From Candidatus Dojkabacteria bacterium (GTDB taxonomy: Bacteria > Patescibacteriota > Dojkabacteria > JAFGLO01): 64,000 nucleotides of DNA. Of the stretch, positions 8,567 through 18,333 are shown piece after piece. The stretch is from contig JAFGLO010000003.1 of assembly GCA_016927995.1 (NCBI GenBank), positions 8,791 through 72,790 of the forward strand, written 5' to 3'. The notes below the pieces were generated by a model that saw nothing but the letters and a program-made list of their open reading frames with translations, did no database searches and was not told the DNA's origin. The number at the start of each line of letters is the position of its first letter. The first letter of the stretch is position 1. Made by a program: the position numbers and the translations under genes.

Positions 8567-8889
8567 ATAAGAAACCTACCTCTGGAATTATGTAGCATAA
8601 CCGCAGAAATATCTGCCTCAAAAACCTCATCGGGGTTAAGGTTAATTCCTGTCTCTTCCCTAAGCTCTCGAACGGCGCAAGCTTCTAATGACTCATCAGC
8701 TTCAGGGTCAAACTTGCCTCCGGGAAAGGTTATTTGTAAAAGGTCTTCATCTGCAGGAGCTATACGTTGCGAAACTAATACAAGAGGGTTATTATCTTCA
8801 CCTACAGCCCAAACTATAACCGCAACCACAGGGGTTCCCTCTCGTTGTTCAAATTCGCAAGTAGGGCAGATTGCATGAGGCCTATTCAT
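8455..8889 (-). CDS. NUDIX hydrolase (C-terminal ~40 codons run into the tandem repeat)
   Basis: Nudix box GGKFDPEADESLEACAVRELREETGI (G-x5-E-x7-REUxEExGU). The 3' end of the ORF overlaps repeat 8236..8566. Confidence 0.7.
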   Translation of the reverse strand: MNRPHAICPTCEFEQREGTPVVAVIVWAVGEDNNPLVLVSQRIAPADEDLLQITFPGGKFDPEADESLEACAVRELREETGINLNPDEVFEADISAVMLHNSRGRFLIHFFVKACHFSHRYLPDYCFTTSLFYCTSFRRFLCSK

Positions 8890-8908
8890 GCCAGATTATA
8901 TCACCTAG

Positions 8909-9544
8909 CTAACCTAAGTTTTCAATATCGTCCCAATCAAAACCCTTGCTTAAAAGAAACCGTACAGTTTTCTGATCCGAAGAGTCAAATTTTTTATTTC
9001 CGAATTTTTTTTGATAAACGGCTTTTAAAAGTGTCATTTCATCGATTTCAAGTTCGTTCCAAACCTCTTCTGCTAAGGTTTGCGAAATTCCTTTTGAGAA
9101 AAGCTCAGAAAAAATAAGACGTCTGCCCCTTGGTTTATTAGCTACTCTATCTTCTATAAAAGCCTGCGCAAAGTATCTGTCATTTAATAGTTTGGCTTCT
9201 AAAAGTCTTGTAATTACCTTATCGGCAATCTCGTTTTCATTTACACTTTGCGTATCCGAAAACCACTTTTTTCTGTTTTTAAAAAACAGGTTGGAAATAT
9301 ATTGTCTAACCTGCTCTCTTGTTCGTATCATTTTGGCAAGATATTTCACACAACGTTCGTAAAGCTTCTCAAAAAGTTCAGAATTTATAATTGTTGACAA
9401 CTCACTTTCCGAAATTTTTAGACTATCATAAAGTTTATGATCGGCAACAGTATTGATTGATGCCCCAAACGCAAATTTGCCGTCAAGATAAACATTAAAT
9501 CGGTTGGGATTTTTTGCTTGTGGAACAATCTCTGTAATAATCAT
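8909..9544 (-). CDS. recX: RecX-like regulatory protein
   Basis: ~210 aa all-helical protein with RecX-like repeated three-helix pattern. The C-terminus RFLLSKGFDWDDI resembles the RecX C-terminal motif. Confidence 0.5.
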   Translation of the reverse strand: MIITEIVPQAKNPNRFNVYLDGKFAFGASINTVADHKLYDSLKISESELSTIINSELFEKLYERCVKYLAKMIRTREQVRQYISNLFFKNRKKWFSDTQSVNENEIADKVITRLLEAKLLNDRYFAQAFIEDRVANKPRGRRLIFSELFSKGISQTLAEEVWNELEIDEMTLLKAVYQKKFGNKKFDSSDQKTVRFLLSKGFDWDDIENLG

Positions 9545-10095
9545 GATTCAAAAATCACTACCTGAGGATCACCAATAACGGTCTGCCTTGGGCCTACATC
9601 TTTTCTAACAACACATCTGAGCCCAACTACTGCATCGTTCCCAATGGTTACACCTTTTAAAATTACGACCTCGCCGCCAACAAAAACCCTATCTCCAAGT
9701 TTGATCTCGCGCGAATCAACCGGCTTACTTAAATCTTTATGATGGGTCCAGTAGCCTTTGGAGTGAAAATCGTTGTCTTGGATAATTGCAGTGCTTAACA
9801 TGCAATCCTTACCGGTCTCCACAAGTTTTCTTGCAAAAATTGTTGTCCCGTTAAGCCGAGTACCCAGACCAATCTTTATTACGGCATCCTTAGATTGAGT
9901 GATAAGTTTTACACCACCCTGTGGTGCAAATGACCACGCATTAACATTATCGCCAATTACTACTTTTCCCGGACCTTTAATGATAAATCTTGGACAACAC
10001 GCAAAGTTTCTGCCAATGCTAATTCTTTTTCCCGCAAAAATTCGATACGGCAAAACCATAAAAAATGTAAGAATTTTCGCAAACAGCATTTTCAT
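9541..10095 (-). CDS. Hexapeptide-repeat (left-handed beta-helix) acyl/acetyltransferase
   Basis: Repeated [LIV]G-x-x-x-x hexapeptides (IGDNVNA, IGLGTRL, LGDRVFVGGEVVILKGVTIGNDAVVGLRCVV). Confidence 0.55.
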   Translation of the reverse strand: MKMLFAKILTFFMVLPYRIFAGKRISIGRNFACCPRFIIKGPGKVVIGDNVNAWSFAPQGGVKLITQSKDAVIKIGLGTRLNGTTIFARKLVETGKDCMLSTAIIQDNDFHSKGYWTHHKDLSKPVDSREIKLGDRVFVGGEVVILKGVTIGNDAVVGLRCVVRKDVGPRQTVIGDPQVVIFES

Positions 10096-10159
10096 GGAAT
10101 CTTGACTAAACTTACCCGTAAATTATATATCGATATAGCATTTGTTACAAAGCGGGTTG

Positions 10160-10954
10160 TTACGGTTCAGCCGGAGTAGGATTAAGTAGAACGTCTAAAA
10201 ATAATTGATACACAAGCCCACCAACGTTTAGTGGTAATCGTCTTGCACCGTTTCGTCCAACTACAATGCCGCTATCGTTTAATACCTCTATAAGATCTAG
10301 CTCCAACCTTTTAACAATCAAGTTGCATAATATTTCGGAGACGGATACTTCACGATTCTTAGGTATCTCCCTTATATACTTAAAATCTAATTGACGGCCT
10401 AAAATATATAACAAGCCACTATCCCCCAAAGCTATCAGACTATCTAATCCGGGTTTTATAATACAAATCTTTTTTACCGTTGGAAGCCTTTCATAGTCAA
10501 GTCCAGTTTTTAATTTAATACCATTACGAAAAAGCCCTTGAGCGGTTCCTCTATAAAACTCAAATGCTTTGAGTCTTTCTTTGTAATCTTGACCTGATGT
10601 TGGTACCTTGTCTCTTCTTCTATCAAGCTCCGCTAATTTATCTTTAGGAATCTCTTCCACATCTTCATACTCAGCAATTACCCGACCCACACTATCGATA
10701 ACTCCGCCAGCTGTTAACAGTTTCTTACAATCCGCAATACCAGAACGAAGAACTCCAAGATAAAGAGCTTTAACATTGATACTATTTCCTGCACTATCAC
10801 TAACAGTTACACTATCAATCCCCAAAGCTTGACATACTTGCTCATCAGTTACCAAATCCAAAAGAAAGTCAGTTCCTACGTATCTATCACGGATATCGTA
10901 CTGATCGTGAAAAACATCTCTGGAAAATTTTGTGGGGGTTTTATCGGGGCTCAA
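10160..10954 (-). CDS. Hypothetical protein
   Basis: 264-aa ORF with normal composition. No motif recognised. Confidence 0.4.
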   Translation of the reverse strand: MSPDKTPTKFSRDVFHDQYDIRDRYVGTDFLLDLVTDEQVCQALGIDSVTVSDSAGNSINVKALYLGVLRSGIADCKKLLTAGGVIDSVGRVIAEYEDVEEIPKDKLAELDRRRDKVPTSGQDYKERLKAFEFYRGTAQGLFRNGIKLKTGLDYERLPTVKKICIIKPGLDSLIALGDSGLLYILGRQLDFKYIREIPKNREVSVSEILCNLIVKRLELDLIEVLNDSGIVVGRNGARRLPLNVGGLVYQLFLDVLLNPTPAEP

Positions 10955-10975
10955 GAGATAATTAAATGATCTTAT

Positions 10976-11464
10976 TTATATTTCCGCAAAAATAACCACG
11001 TAATTGTGTCCATATTTTCGAGCGCACCTGGGACAGGTCGTAAAATAAAAATAATATTTTTTGGGCGACCATCGATTATCGGACAAATATTTCTCAAATT
11101 CTTTTATCCAAACAGATACATTATCAAACGGCCCATCAAAAACCTTTGACACATAAACACCTGAAAAAATAACATTTTTTGCGTTAGGCACTTCCTTATT
11201 TACGGCAATATAAAGCTCTGATTTCCAGGGAGAAGGATCATATGAAAGCATAAGAAAATCTTTTACGTCAGGAGCTGCATCAGACAATTGTGCCGCTTTC
11301 CAAAGTCCTGAAAACACTTTAGCAAATTTACCCGGAAGTGGAATATGCGCAATTTGAGGGATTGTATCCATAATAAACCTTTTTCTATCCCACTTGTGTA
11401 CCTTATCCAGGAAAGGAATTGGGTCAAATTTGGGACAACATTGAACGTCCGGTGAGTATGCCAC
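10976..11464 (-). CDS. Hypothetical protein (Cys-pair containing)
   Basis: 162-aa ORF. Contains CCPKF and TTCPRCARKYG. No family recognised. Confidence 0.4.
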   Translation of the reverse strand: MAYSPDVQCCPKFDPIPFLDKVHKWDRKRFIMDTIPQIAHIPLPGKFAKVFSGLWKAAQLSDAAPDVKDFLMLSYDPSPWKSELYIAVNKEVPNAKNVIFSGVYVSKVFDGPFDNVSVWIKEFEKYLSDNRWSPKKYYFYFTTCPRCARKYGHNYVVIFAEI

Positions 11465-11620
11465 AATATGTCAATAAATTTATATTCAATTAGAGTTTAC
11501 CAACATCTCCATCAAATTTCTACAAGAAAGCAGCAAGAAAGGAAACTTAAGAATCAGCTATTCAGTATAAATTGGGAGCTTAATGATAAAGGTTGAACCT
11601 TTGCCGACCTTTGACTTAAG

Positions 11621-13297
11621 CTAAGGTCGGCTAATAATTTTTTTAAACCCGGAAAAAATCTCGTTTCTTCTAATAATAAGTTCAAGAACACCCCAGAAAG
11701 ATAATACTATTAATACAGAATAAAAAACAATTGTAATAGCCTTTGTATTCTCTTTTGTGTCAATTTCTGCTTTTAGTCCGGTAAATCCATCAATATAACC
11801 ATTATTATTCGGATAATTGGGCTCGTTTTCTAATTTTACTTCTAGAAGTAAGGTGTCTATATATTCTCCATAAGTTACCGAGATCTTATGTACTCCAATT
11901 GAAAGATTTTTAAGCGTACAGCTGGTTCCTACACACAACTCTCCATCAATGTTAGATGCCCATTTAATAAGTTCATTTGCAACGTTAGAGATACCACTGA
12001 CAGTTAAATCAAAGGTAAGCGTATCCCCGGCATTAACTACAAATCTCTCCTTATCCGTGTTAATTGCAAACTTTACTTCACCAATAATTACCGGAGTGGG
12101 AATAGGCGTGTCTGAGCTTCCCTGGCTTGGATTAACAGAAGGTGAGTCAGGAACCAACGGATTATTATCAACTACCGGCGGGTTGGGATTATACCAAGAA
12201 TAAGCGCTCGGCCGGTTCGATAATAAAATACCCTTATCCATTGCATAATCAAAATCCGCTATAAATTCCCACCAATTACGTAAAGGACTCCCTCCCGGAT
12301 CCAAAAGCCCATTGTTAAGCCCGGGAATATTTTGCATCCACCAAATTTTAAATCGGGCCCCACCATCGTCAGAACAGGTTAAGCCTGACCAAGTATGACA
12401 ATTTACATATTGAACCGTTCCACTTCCATCGGGACGCCAGTTGGCACAATTTGATAACACGGTAGTTTCACTATACCAATTGTAGTCATTCCCGGCAGGA
12501 ACATTTGGAGGACAGTGTGTCCAACCACAGGCATTTATTACTCCGCCTCTCTGCCCATGGGGATTAACAAACAAGTCCCACATAAAAGGATCATTACCTA
12601 AAATTGCCTCTATATGATGAGTATGATTTTCCAAAAGCTCCGAAAGTCCACGACCATAGTTCATGTTAAATAGGGAATATGATTTTTGACAAATGGGAAA
12701 AGCATTTACGTGTTCGGTGTTTCCATCGATTCCATAGTCGGGATAATTCCAATACTCCCGCGAGTCATAGCCCATTACAAGTACGGACTCCACCGGCTCC
12801 AAATCGGCATAATGGTACCCCCAAATCCAAACCTCTTTAACACCGTTATTATCGACGGCATTACAAATATTTTCACGCTCTAACATTCCTCTGTAATCAG
12901 GACGATAGACTCCAGGATTCCAAGGAATCTGATTCGTTGAACGAACAATATCTTCCAGATATTCAACCTGTTTATAAATACTGTAATCAAGCGAAATCAA
13001 TGCGGTTGGATCTTTATATCCATGATACTTTGTTGCCGCTTCCAAATTGTTTATTCCCTGATTTGTAACCGAGTTTATGCGTGATCTTAATTCAATCAAC
13101 GAGGAGACTCCCAAATAACCTGTTTTTGATAGGTCGAGCCCGCCCTCACCGGTAATCGGGATATAACTTATTACATAGACGGGTACACGAAAGCTGCTTT
13201 GGGCATAAGTGGGTGAAACAAGTTCCGTGCCAAATTGCGAGAATATATACAGTACAGCTAGCAAACTCAAGCACAATTTGAAAAATTTTCTACGCAT
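11621..13297 (-). CDS. Large secreted Cys-rich protein with C-terminal Ig-like domain and C-terminal TM anchor
   Basis: Signal peptide MRRKFFKLCLSLLAVLYIFSQF. Several Cys pairs. A Pro-rich linker followed by an Ig-like segment. Terminal hydrophobic helix ITIVFYSVLIVLSFWGVLELII. Confidence 0.5.
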   Translation of the reverse strand: MRRKFFKLCLSLLAVLYIFSQFGTELVSPTYAQSSFRVPVYVISYIPITGEGGLDLSKTGYLGVSSLIELRSRINSVTNQGINNLEAATKYHGYKDPTALISLDYSIYKQVEYLEDIVRSTNQIPWNPGVYRPDYRGMLERENICNAVDNNGVKEVWIWGYHYADLEPVESVLVMGYDSREYWNYPDYGIDGNTEHVNAFPICQKSYSLFNMNYGRGLSELLENHTHHIEAILGNDPFMWDLFVNPHGQRGGVINACGWTHCPPNVPAGNDYNWYSETTVLSNCANWRPDGSGTVQYVNCHTWSGLTCSDDGGARFKIWWMQNIPGLNNGLLDPGGSPLRNWWEFIADFDYAMDKGILLSNRPSAYSWYNPNPPVVDNNPLVPDSPSVNPSQGSSDTPIPTPVIIGEVKFAINTDKERFVVNAGDTLTFDLTVSGISNVANELIKWASNIDGELCVGTSCTLKNLSIGVHKISVTYGEYIDTLLLEVKLENEPNYPNNNGYIDGFTGLKAEIDTKENTKAITIVFYSVLIVLSFWGVLELIIRRNEIFSGFKKIISRP

Positions 13298-13378
13298 CAG
13301 GCAAAATACTTTTACTCTTATATAGGTTCATTATACTATCAGCTGTAACTGAAGTAAATTTTCGTTTATACTCTTAGC

Positions 13379-13942
13379 ATGCGAACAATTCGAAAAGTTC
13401 TTAAAGCAATTAATCCCAAAGATCTCTGGATATTTATTTTACTTTTGGTTCCGGCAATTATTGTAATTGTTATAAACGCTTTGTTTAGGGAAACATATCT
13501 TCCGGCAATAGATGATATAGAACATGAAAATTGTTACTTAGTTACAGAAATTGTTGATGGCGACACAATTAAAATCAACTACAATGGAACCACCGAGACA
13601 GTAAGACTTATTGGCATTGATACCCCCGAGTTAAACTTAAGAAACTCTCAATACCCTGAGTGCTTTGCAAAAGAAGCAAAGATTAAATTGGAATCTCTTA
13701 TTGCCGATCAAATAATCTGTGTCGAAAATGATAATTCCCAGTTAGAAAGAGACAAGTATGATAGGCTGCTTTTTTATATTTTTAGAGAATCCGACAACCT
13801 TTTTATTAATAGGGAAATGATTTTGGAAGGCTTTGCCTATGAATATACTTATGATACTCCCTACAAATATCAATCCGAATTTATATCTGCCGAGGATCAA
13901 GCTATTACCCAAAACCTTGGGCTGTGGTCAGAATGTGATTAA
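13379..13942 (+). CDS. Membrane-anchored thermonuclease (staphylococcal nuclease/SNase homolog)
   Basis: N-terminal TM (IFILLLVPAIIVIVINALF). SNase signature VDGDTIKINYNGTTETVRLIGIDTPE plus downstream ERDKYDRLL. Confidence 0.75.
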   Translation: MRTIRKVLKAINPKDLWIFILLLVPAIIVIVINALFRETYLPAIDDIEHENCYLVTEIVDGDTIKINYNGTTETVRLIGIDTPELNLRNSQYPECFAKEAKIKLESLIADQIICVENDNSQLERDKYDRLLFYIFRESDNLFINREMILEGFAYEYTYDTPYKYQSEFISAEDQAITQNLGLWSECD

Positions 13943-13996
13943 GTTAGGCGTGACTAGCCATTGTGACTAATTATCCCTTTTTTCGTATTCATTTGT

Positions 13997-14329
13997 ATGA
14001 AAACATTTTGGGAACGACTTCGTATCGTTTTAATAACAATTCTTATTACAATCGTGATTCCGGCAGGTCTAGTATTTATACTTGGAGACTCAATAAAAAA
14101 GCTATCTGACGTAGCTATTGAGGTAGAAGTTGCCACCGGAAGGCTTTCCTGGCTTAGCGACTACCCGATTTCTCGTGAGGGTGCTCTAACAATTCGTGAA
14201 AATCTTGGCATCTTGTCGCATACCCGAGAATACATGTTTTTTGATGCGCTTTTTACTGGACTCGTTTTTGCTATAATTATTGGCAGCGAGTATTTGCTTA
14301 TCTTAAGCGTGAAAGAGAATGAAGGTTAA
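13997..14329 (+). CDS. Small hypothetical membrane protein
   Basis: Two predicted TM segments. Sits directly downstream of the nuclease gene. Confidence 0.3.
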   Translation: MKTFWERLRIVLITILITIVIPAGLVFILGDSIKKLSDVAIEVEVATGRLSWLSDYPISREGALTIRENLGILSHTREYMFFDALFTGLVFAIIIGSEYLLILSVKENEG

Positions 14330-14930
14330 ATCACAACCTAACTTTATGTTACTTGCAGTTACCATCACTATTGGGACCCTTATGTTCTCAAATATTTTCA
14401 ATATACTAGCTTCGCCAGTTATACATTTTGCATCGGACTTAGTGATGACTCAAAGTACTTATGTCTGGGGTTATGCCGACTCCACAGCGCCTATCGGCGA
14501 GTTACTACAAACAAGATCAAGAGAACGAGCTTTCGAACTGGACGAAACAGACCCGAAATATATTCCTAAAGACGGAGGTAGATATGGCGAATATATGTTT
14601 CAAGACGCCATTTTCTATACGAGCATAAATATATTATGCATACTGGCAGTAGCAATAAGCATATTTGCCAAATATCCTAGAAGGGTCAATCTCTCTCTTT
14701 CCGTGATCATCCTATCCGTCACCCCGATCTTCTTCCTTGTTATAGGCTACTTCTTCGGGGGAGGACTTAATCCGTTACAATGGATATCCTTATTTACAAA
14801 TATCGTGATACCAATGATTGGTGAGCTAATCTTACCCTGTCTTGTAGGCGGAATAGTCCAGGGACTGATAATCATTGCGGGATGGGCTGTGTATAACATA
14901 ATTTCGAAACATTCGAAAAACAAAAAATGA
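14319..14930 (+). CDS. Hypothetical polytopic membrane protein
   Basis: About 5 hydrophobic helices. Its start overlaps the end of the previous ORF. Confidence 0.4.
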   Translation: MKVKSQPNFMLLAVTITIGTLMFSNIFNILASPVIHFASDLVMTQSTYVWGYADSTAPIGELLQTRSRERAFELDETDPKYIPKDGGRYGEYMFQDAIFYTSINILCILAVAISIFAKYPRRVNLSLSVIILSVTPIFFLVIGYFFGGGLNPLQWISLFTNIVIPMIGELILPCLVGGIVQGLIIIAGWAVYNIISKHSKNKK

Positions 14931-15100
14931 AACCGTATAAGAATCCCCCCGTTGCGTTACTTATAGCAATAGCAACTTTTTTTATGCTGTGCATTAATAT
15001 AGGCCTTGCAAGAGAGAAGATTCAAACACACATAGATGAGATTATGGCTTACGAGAATTTATATGCTCCAAGTTGCTCAGAACATCACAAAATTGCATAA
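14927..15100 (+). CDS. Possible small (57 aa) membrane protein, translationally coupled (ATGA overlap)
   Basis: The ATG overlaps the upstream TGA stop. One hydrophobic helix. It is below the ORF-track size cutoff. Confidence 0.2.
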   Translation: MKPYKNPPVALLIAIATFFMLCINIGLAREKIQTHIDEIMAYENLYAPSCSEHHKIA

Positions 15101-15244
15101 TGCAAAGCTTTTCCCCGAACACGTGACTGTCTCAAAAAGCTTGACACTATTTGCCCCGTAACAGATCCTTTAATTCCGGACAGACTAGAACAATATACTT
15201 TTCAAGACGAACTTAAATATACTGCAATCGCACTACTCTGGGGA

Positions 15245-15490
15245 ATGATAACGTTTCTAACACTGACATTCAAATTTAAATCAATCCGTGGCATCGCATT
15301 AAGGATGTTTATAAATTACACGCTCATCTCTTCAACACTACTACCTGTACTCTTTTTCTACTCAAAGAATCTGGACACACTTTTATTTCAAATAGTAACA
15401 ACAGCAGCTATTATTTCAACACCTGTCCTGATCATACTTGCTGCTTTAATGATATATAAAATCCTGATTAAAAGATCTTCGAAAAACTAG
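15245..15490 (+). CDS. Small hypothetical membrane protein
   Basis: 81 aa with two hydrophobic helices. Confidence 0.3.
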   Translation: MITFLTLTFKFKSIRGIALRMFINYTLISSTLLPVLFFYSKNLDTLLFQIVTTAAIISTPVLIILAALMIYKILIKRSSKN

Positions 15491-15699
15491 ATTTGACCTG
15501 TTTTCGAGCCCGCCGTAAAATGGAATTACGTTAAGTTAATGCTTATTTTCCATGGCGGAAGCCACAAAAAAGTCAGGTACCGCACAAAAAATCATAATTG
15601 CCTGCTGTAGTGTGCTTTTAATCTTGACCTGTTGTGCAGTAACCACGATAACAGTTTGGTTTGTATACAGCAGATTTTTGACAAGCTAAATTTCTTAAC

Positions 15700-16404
15700 C
15701 TATTCAAGTACAAACGGTCCATACCAGGCCTGGTTAACATAACCAATACCTGCTTGATAGTCTTGAATCCAAAGCACGTTAGATTTCGAGTCGATATAAA
15801 CATAAAATGTTGGAACCTCACAACACATATACTCTCCACCACTCGAAGTATCTAAATAAAGAGGATTTTTTGTAATGGGATTACAGTAGTCACGAGAAGA
15901 CTTATTGTCTGCAACAGGAATAAGCCGTTTAGGCGTGGGATAATCATGATAAATCTCAAGCCCTTCATCAATAGATTCTATTGATACAAGGTCTAAACCA
16001 GGACTCAAAAGTTTGTTTAGCAGGTGCAGTCGTGTATCCAATCGATTCTCAAAAGGACCGTAATATGAAACTTGGGCTGTCCCTAAACCCAATTCGTATT
16101 CTTTTATCCAGAAAATATTAGATTCCTTGTCAAGACAAATATCTACATAACCAGCAGGATCACACTGACAGGCCTCACAATATAAACTTATTGTTTTTAT
16201 TATCACGATGGGGTCGTTTGTAATAGGATTGCGATCATCAATAGGAACTAAGCCTATCTCTGTAGGAAATGATAGGTAATCACCTTTCAAAATTATTCTT
16301 TCATACTTCCAATTCGTAACCCAAAGAAAGGCACCTACCGATAGACAAATCACAATGAAGGCTCCTGTAATAATAGTGATTTTTACACCTAATTTGACCA
16401 TCAC
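15700..16404 (-). CDS. N-anchored protein with an internal duplication of a ~60-aa Cys-containing domain
   Basis: N-terminal TM helix. The two halves share ...YCEACQCDP...IFWIKEYELGLGTAQVSYYGPF versus ...YMCCEVP...VLWIQDYQAGIGYVNQAWYGPF. Confidence 0.45.
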   Translation of the reverse strand: MMVKLGVKITIITGAFIVICLSVGAFLWVTNWKYERIILKGDYLSFPTEIGLVPIDDRNPITNDPIVIIKTISLYCEACQCDPAGYVDICLDKESNIFWIKEYELGLGTAQVSYYGPFENRLDTRLHLLNKLLSPGLDLVSIESIDEGLEIYHDYPTPKRLIPVADNKSSRDYCNPITKNPLYLDTSSGGEYMCCEVPTFYVYIDSKSNVLWIQDYQAGIGYVNQAWYGPFVLE

Positions 16405-16459
16405 AAGCCTCGTAAAAATTATATCTAATTGTATAGATTACGAAGGTTACAGTAAATGT

Positions 16460-17368
16460 TTAAAACAATGATTCTTGGCCAAAGCCGGCAATCCTGTGGG
16501 GTGCGTAGTGACGCATCCTTTTTTCAATCTTATATTTTTCACATGCCTCATTAAAAACCGAGTATAATAATTTTGCGTTTGGGCTACCGCATCCGTAGCT
16601 CTCGCGAAAAGTTTGGCGATATCTGTTAGATAGCCCGGGAAATAAAATATCCAGTTTTTTATAAAAAAACTCACGCTGCCTATCCCTTAAAGTCACCCCA
16701 AAGCTTGGCATTATATACTTTACCCCGCAATCAGCCGCCTGTTTAACAATATTAACCACGTTTTCCACGGTATCGTTAATAAATGGCAAAAGCGGCATTA
16801 ATAAAACACCAGTATAAATACCAGAATCAGAAAGTCTTTTTAATGCAGCAAACCGATTACTTGGCTTACTTGCCCCGGGTTCAAGTTTTGATGCCAAATC
16901 GTCGTCAAAAGTCGTTACTGTAAAAGCAATAGAAGCATAGGTTTTGGCAATTTCTGAAATTACGTCTATATCCCGCAAAATCATGTCGCTTTTGGTAAGA
17001 AGACTAAGCGGGAATTTATACCCAGCAATAAGTTCCAACGCCCGGCGCGTTAACCTATAATCCTTCTCAATATATGTGTACGGATCGCTCATTGCACCTG
17101 TTCCAATTGTCCCCTTAATCCGCTTTTGGGGAAGCTCATCTTTTAGCAGCGTAATCGCATTTTTCTTTACAATTATTTCCTTGTCAAAATTTTCAATTCC
17201 ATAACATTCACTTCGGGAATCACAGTAAATACAACGATGCTCACATCCACGATAGATGTTCATTGTGTATTTATGACCAAACCAGGAATCGGGTTTTGAA
17301 TGGTGGCCAAGAATAGTCTTGGCATTTATTTCTGTAATCATGATATTGCCTGCAATATATTGTATCAA
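16460..17368 (-). CDS. Radical SAM protein, SplB-like 'DNA repair photolyase' family (COG1533-like)
   Basis: CxxxCxxC cluster in YRGCEHRCIYCDS, in a typical N-terminal context (INAKTIL...NIYRGCEH). The start may instead be the internal Met at 17341. Confidence 0.6.
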   Translation of the reverse strand: MIQYIAGNIMITEINAKTILGHHSKPDSWFGHKYTMNIYRGCEHRCIYCDSRSECYGIENFDKEIIVKKNAITLLKDELPQKRIKGTIGTGAMSDPYTYIEKDYRLTRRALELIAGYKFPLSLLTKSDMILRDIDVISEIAKTYASIAFTVTTFDDDLASKLEPGASKPSNRFAALKRLSDSGIYTGVLLMPLLPFINDTVENVVNIVKQAADCGVKYIMPSFGVTLRDRQREFFYKKLDILFPGLSNRYRQTFRESYGCGSPNAKLLYSVFNEACEKYKIEKRMRHYAPHRIAGFGQESLF

Positions 17369-17408
17369 ATATGTGATATAATTTCACACATAAATTAACA
17401 AAACCTTC

Positions 17409-18305
17409 ATGAACTCCAACACAAATTCCGTCCAGGTATTCTTAAGAACCATTGCCTTTTTCTTAACGGCAGGCGTACTTGGCACGCTTTTATTTGTCCT
17501 AGCAATGGTTGTCGGCTTAAACAGCTCACTCGCTGCATGCATTACAATTCCTGGCGCAATAGCAATTTTGACACTTTCCGGAGTTGTCTCCGGCATGTTT
17601 TATGTACTTCCGGAATGGGAACGGCTTGTGCTTTTAAAGGTTGGTAAATATGCAGGTACCAAAGGCCCAGGACTTTTTGTTATTCCTCCCTTCCTTTATT
17701 CTGTTGCTGCAATTGTTGACACCCGAATTATCACAAAACAGGTAGAAGCAACAGCCACTCTTACAAAAGATAATGTTCCAACAAAGGTTACCGCAGCAAT
17801 CGAGTTTAAAATTGAAGATCCTCAGAAAGCCGTTATAAACGTTAGAGATTATCTAAGCACCGTAATTTGGCTTTCTACCGAGGCATTAAAAAACACTATT
17901 GGAAGCCTTGATCTTAAAGAACTTTTAAGTAATCGTGATGAAATCGCCAAAGCACTTGAAGATCAGATAGACAAAGAAGCTGCAGTTTATGGAATTGATG
18001 TTCGTGCAGTTCGTATTACAGATATTGACACTCCGCCACAACTTGTTGAAGAGCTGGCAGTTATTGCACGAGCAAGGCGTGCCGCTCAGGCCAAACAGCT
18101 TCAGGCCGATGCAGAAGTTGCCGTTGCACAAAAGATGGCCGAAGCTAGCAGGATTTTAGCTACGGAGGAAGGTGGATTTAAACTTCGTGAGCTTCAGAAC
18201 CTTTCTGAAATGTCAAAGGAAGAATCTGCAATGATTATTATTTACCCTTATGGCGATGACATGGGTAAACAGATTGCTGCTGCTGCTACAAACAGGAAGG
18301 AATGA
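17409..18305 (+). CDS. SPFH/band-7 (stomatin/HflK/C-like) membrane protein
   Basis: N-terminal TMs followed by an SPFH-like core (ATLTKDNVPTKVTAAIEFKIEDPQKAV...ALEDQIDKEAAVYGIDVRAVRITDIDTP). C-terminal coiled-coil Ala/Gln-rich tail. Confidence 0.75.
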   Translation: MNSNTNSVQVFLRTIAFFLTAGVLGTLLFVLAMVVGLNSSLAACITIPGAIAILTLSGVVSGMFYVLPEWERLVLLKVGKYAGTKGPGLFVIPPFLYSVAAIVDTRIITKQVEATATLTKDNVPTKVTAAIEFKIEDPQKAVINVRDYLSTVIWLSTEALKNTIGSLDLKELLSNRDEIAKALEDQIDKEAAVYGIDVRAVRITDIDTPPQLVEELAVIARARRAAQAKQLQADAEVAVAQKMAEASRILATEEGGFKLRELQNLSEMSKEESAMIIIYPYGDDMGKQIAAAATNRKE

Positions 18306-18333
18306 AAAGGTAAAGTAATCGGGACAGGTCCGT

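Noticed and set aside
8226-8630. 134-aa minus-strand ORF with repeating LLKLATSLIGIFRIT peptide
   Set aside because: The periodicity simply mirrors the 126-135 bp DNA tandem repeat, so it is almost certainly non-coding.
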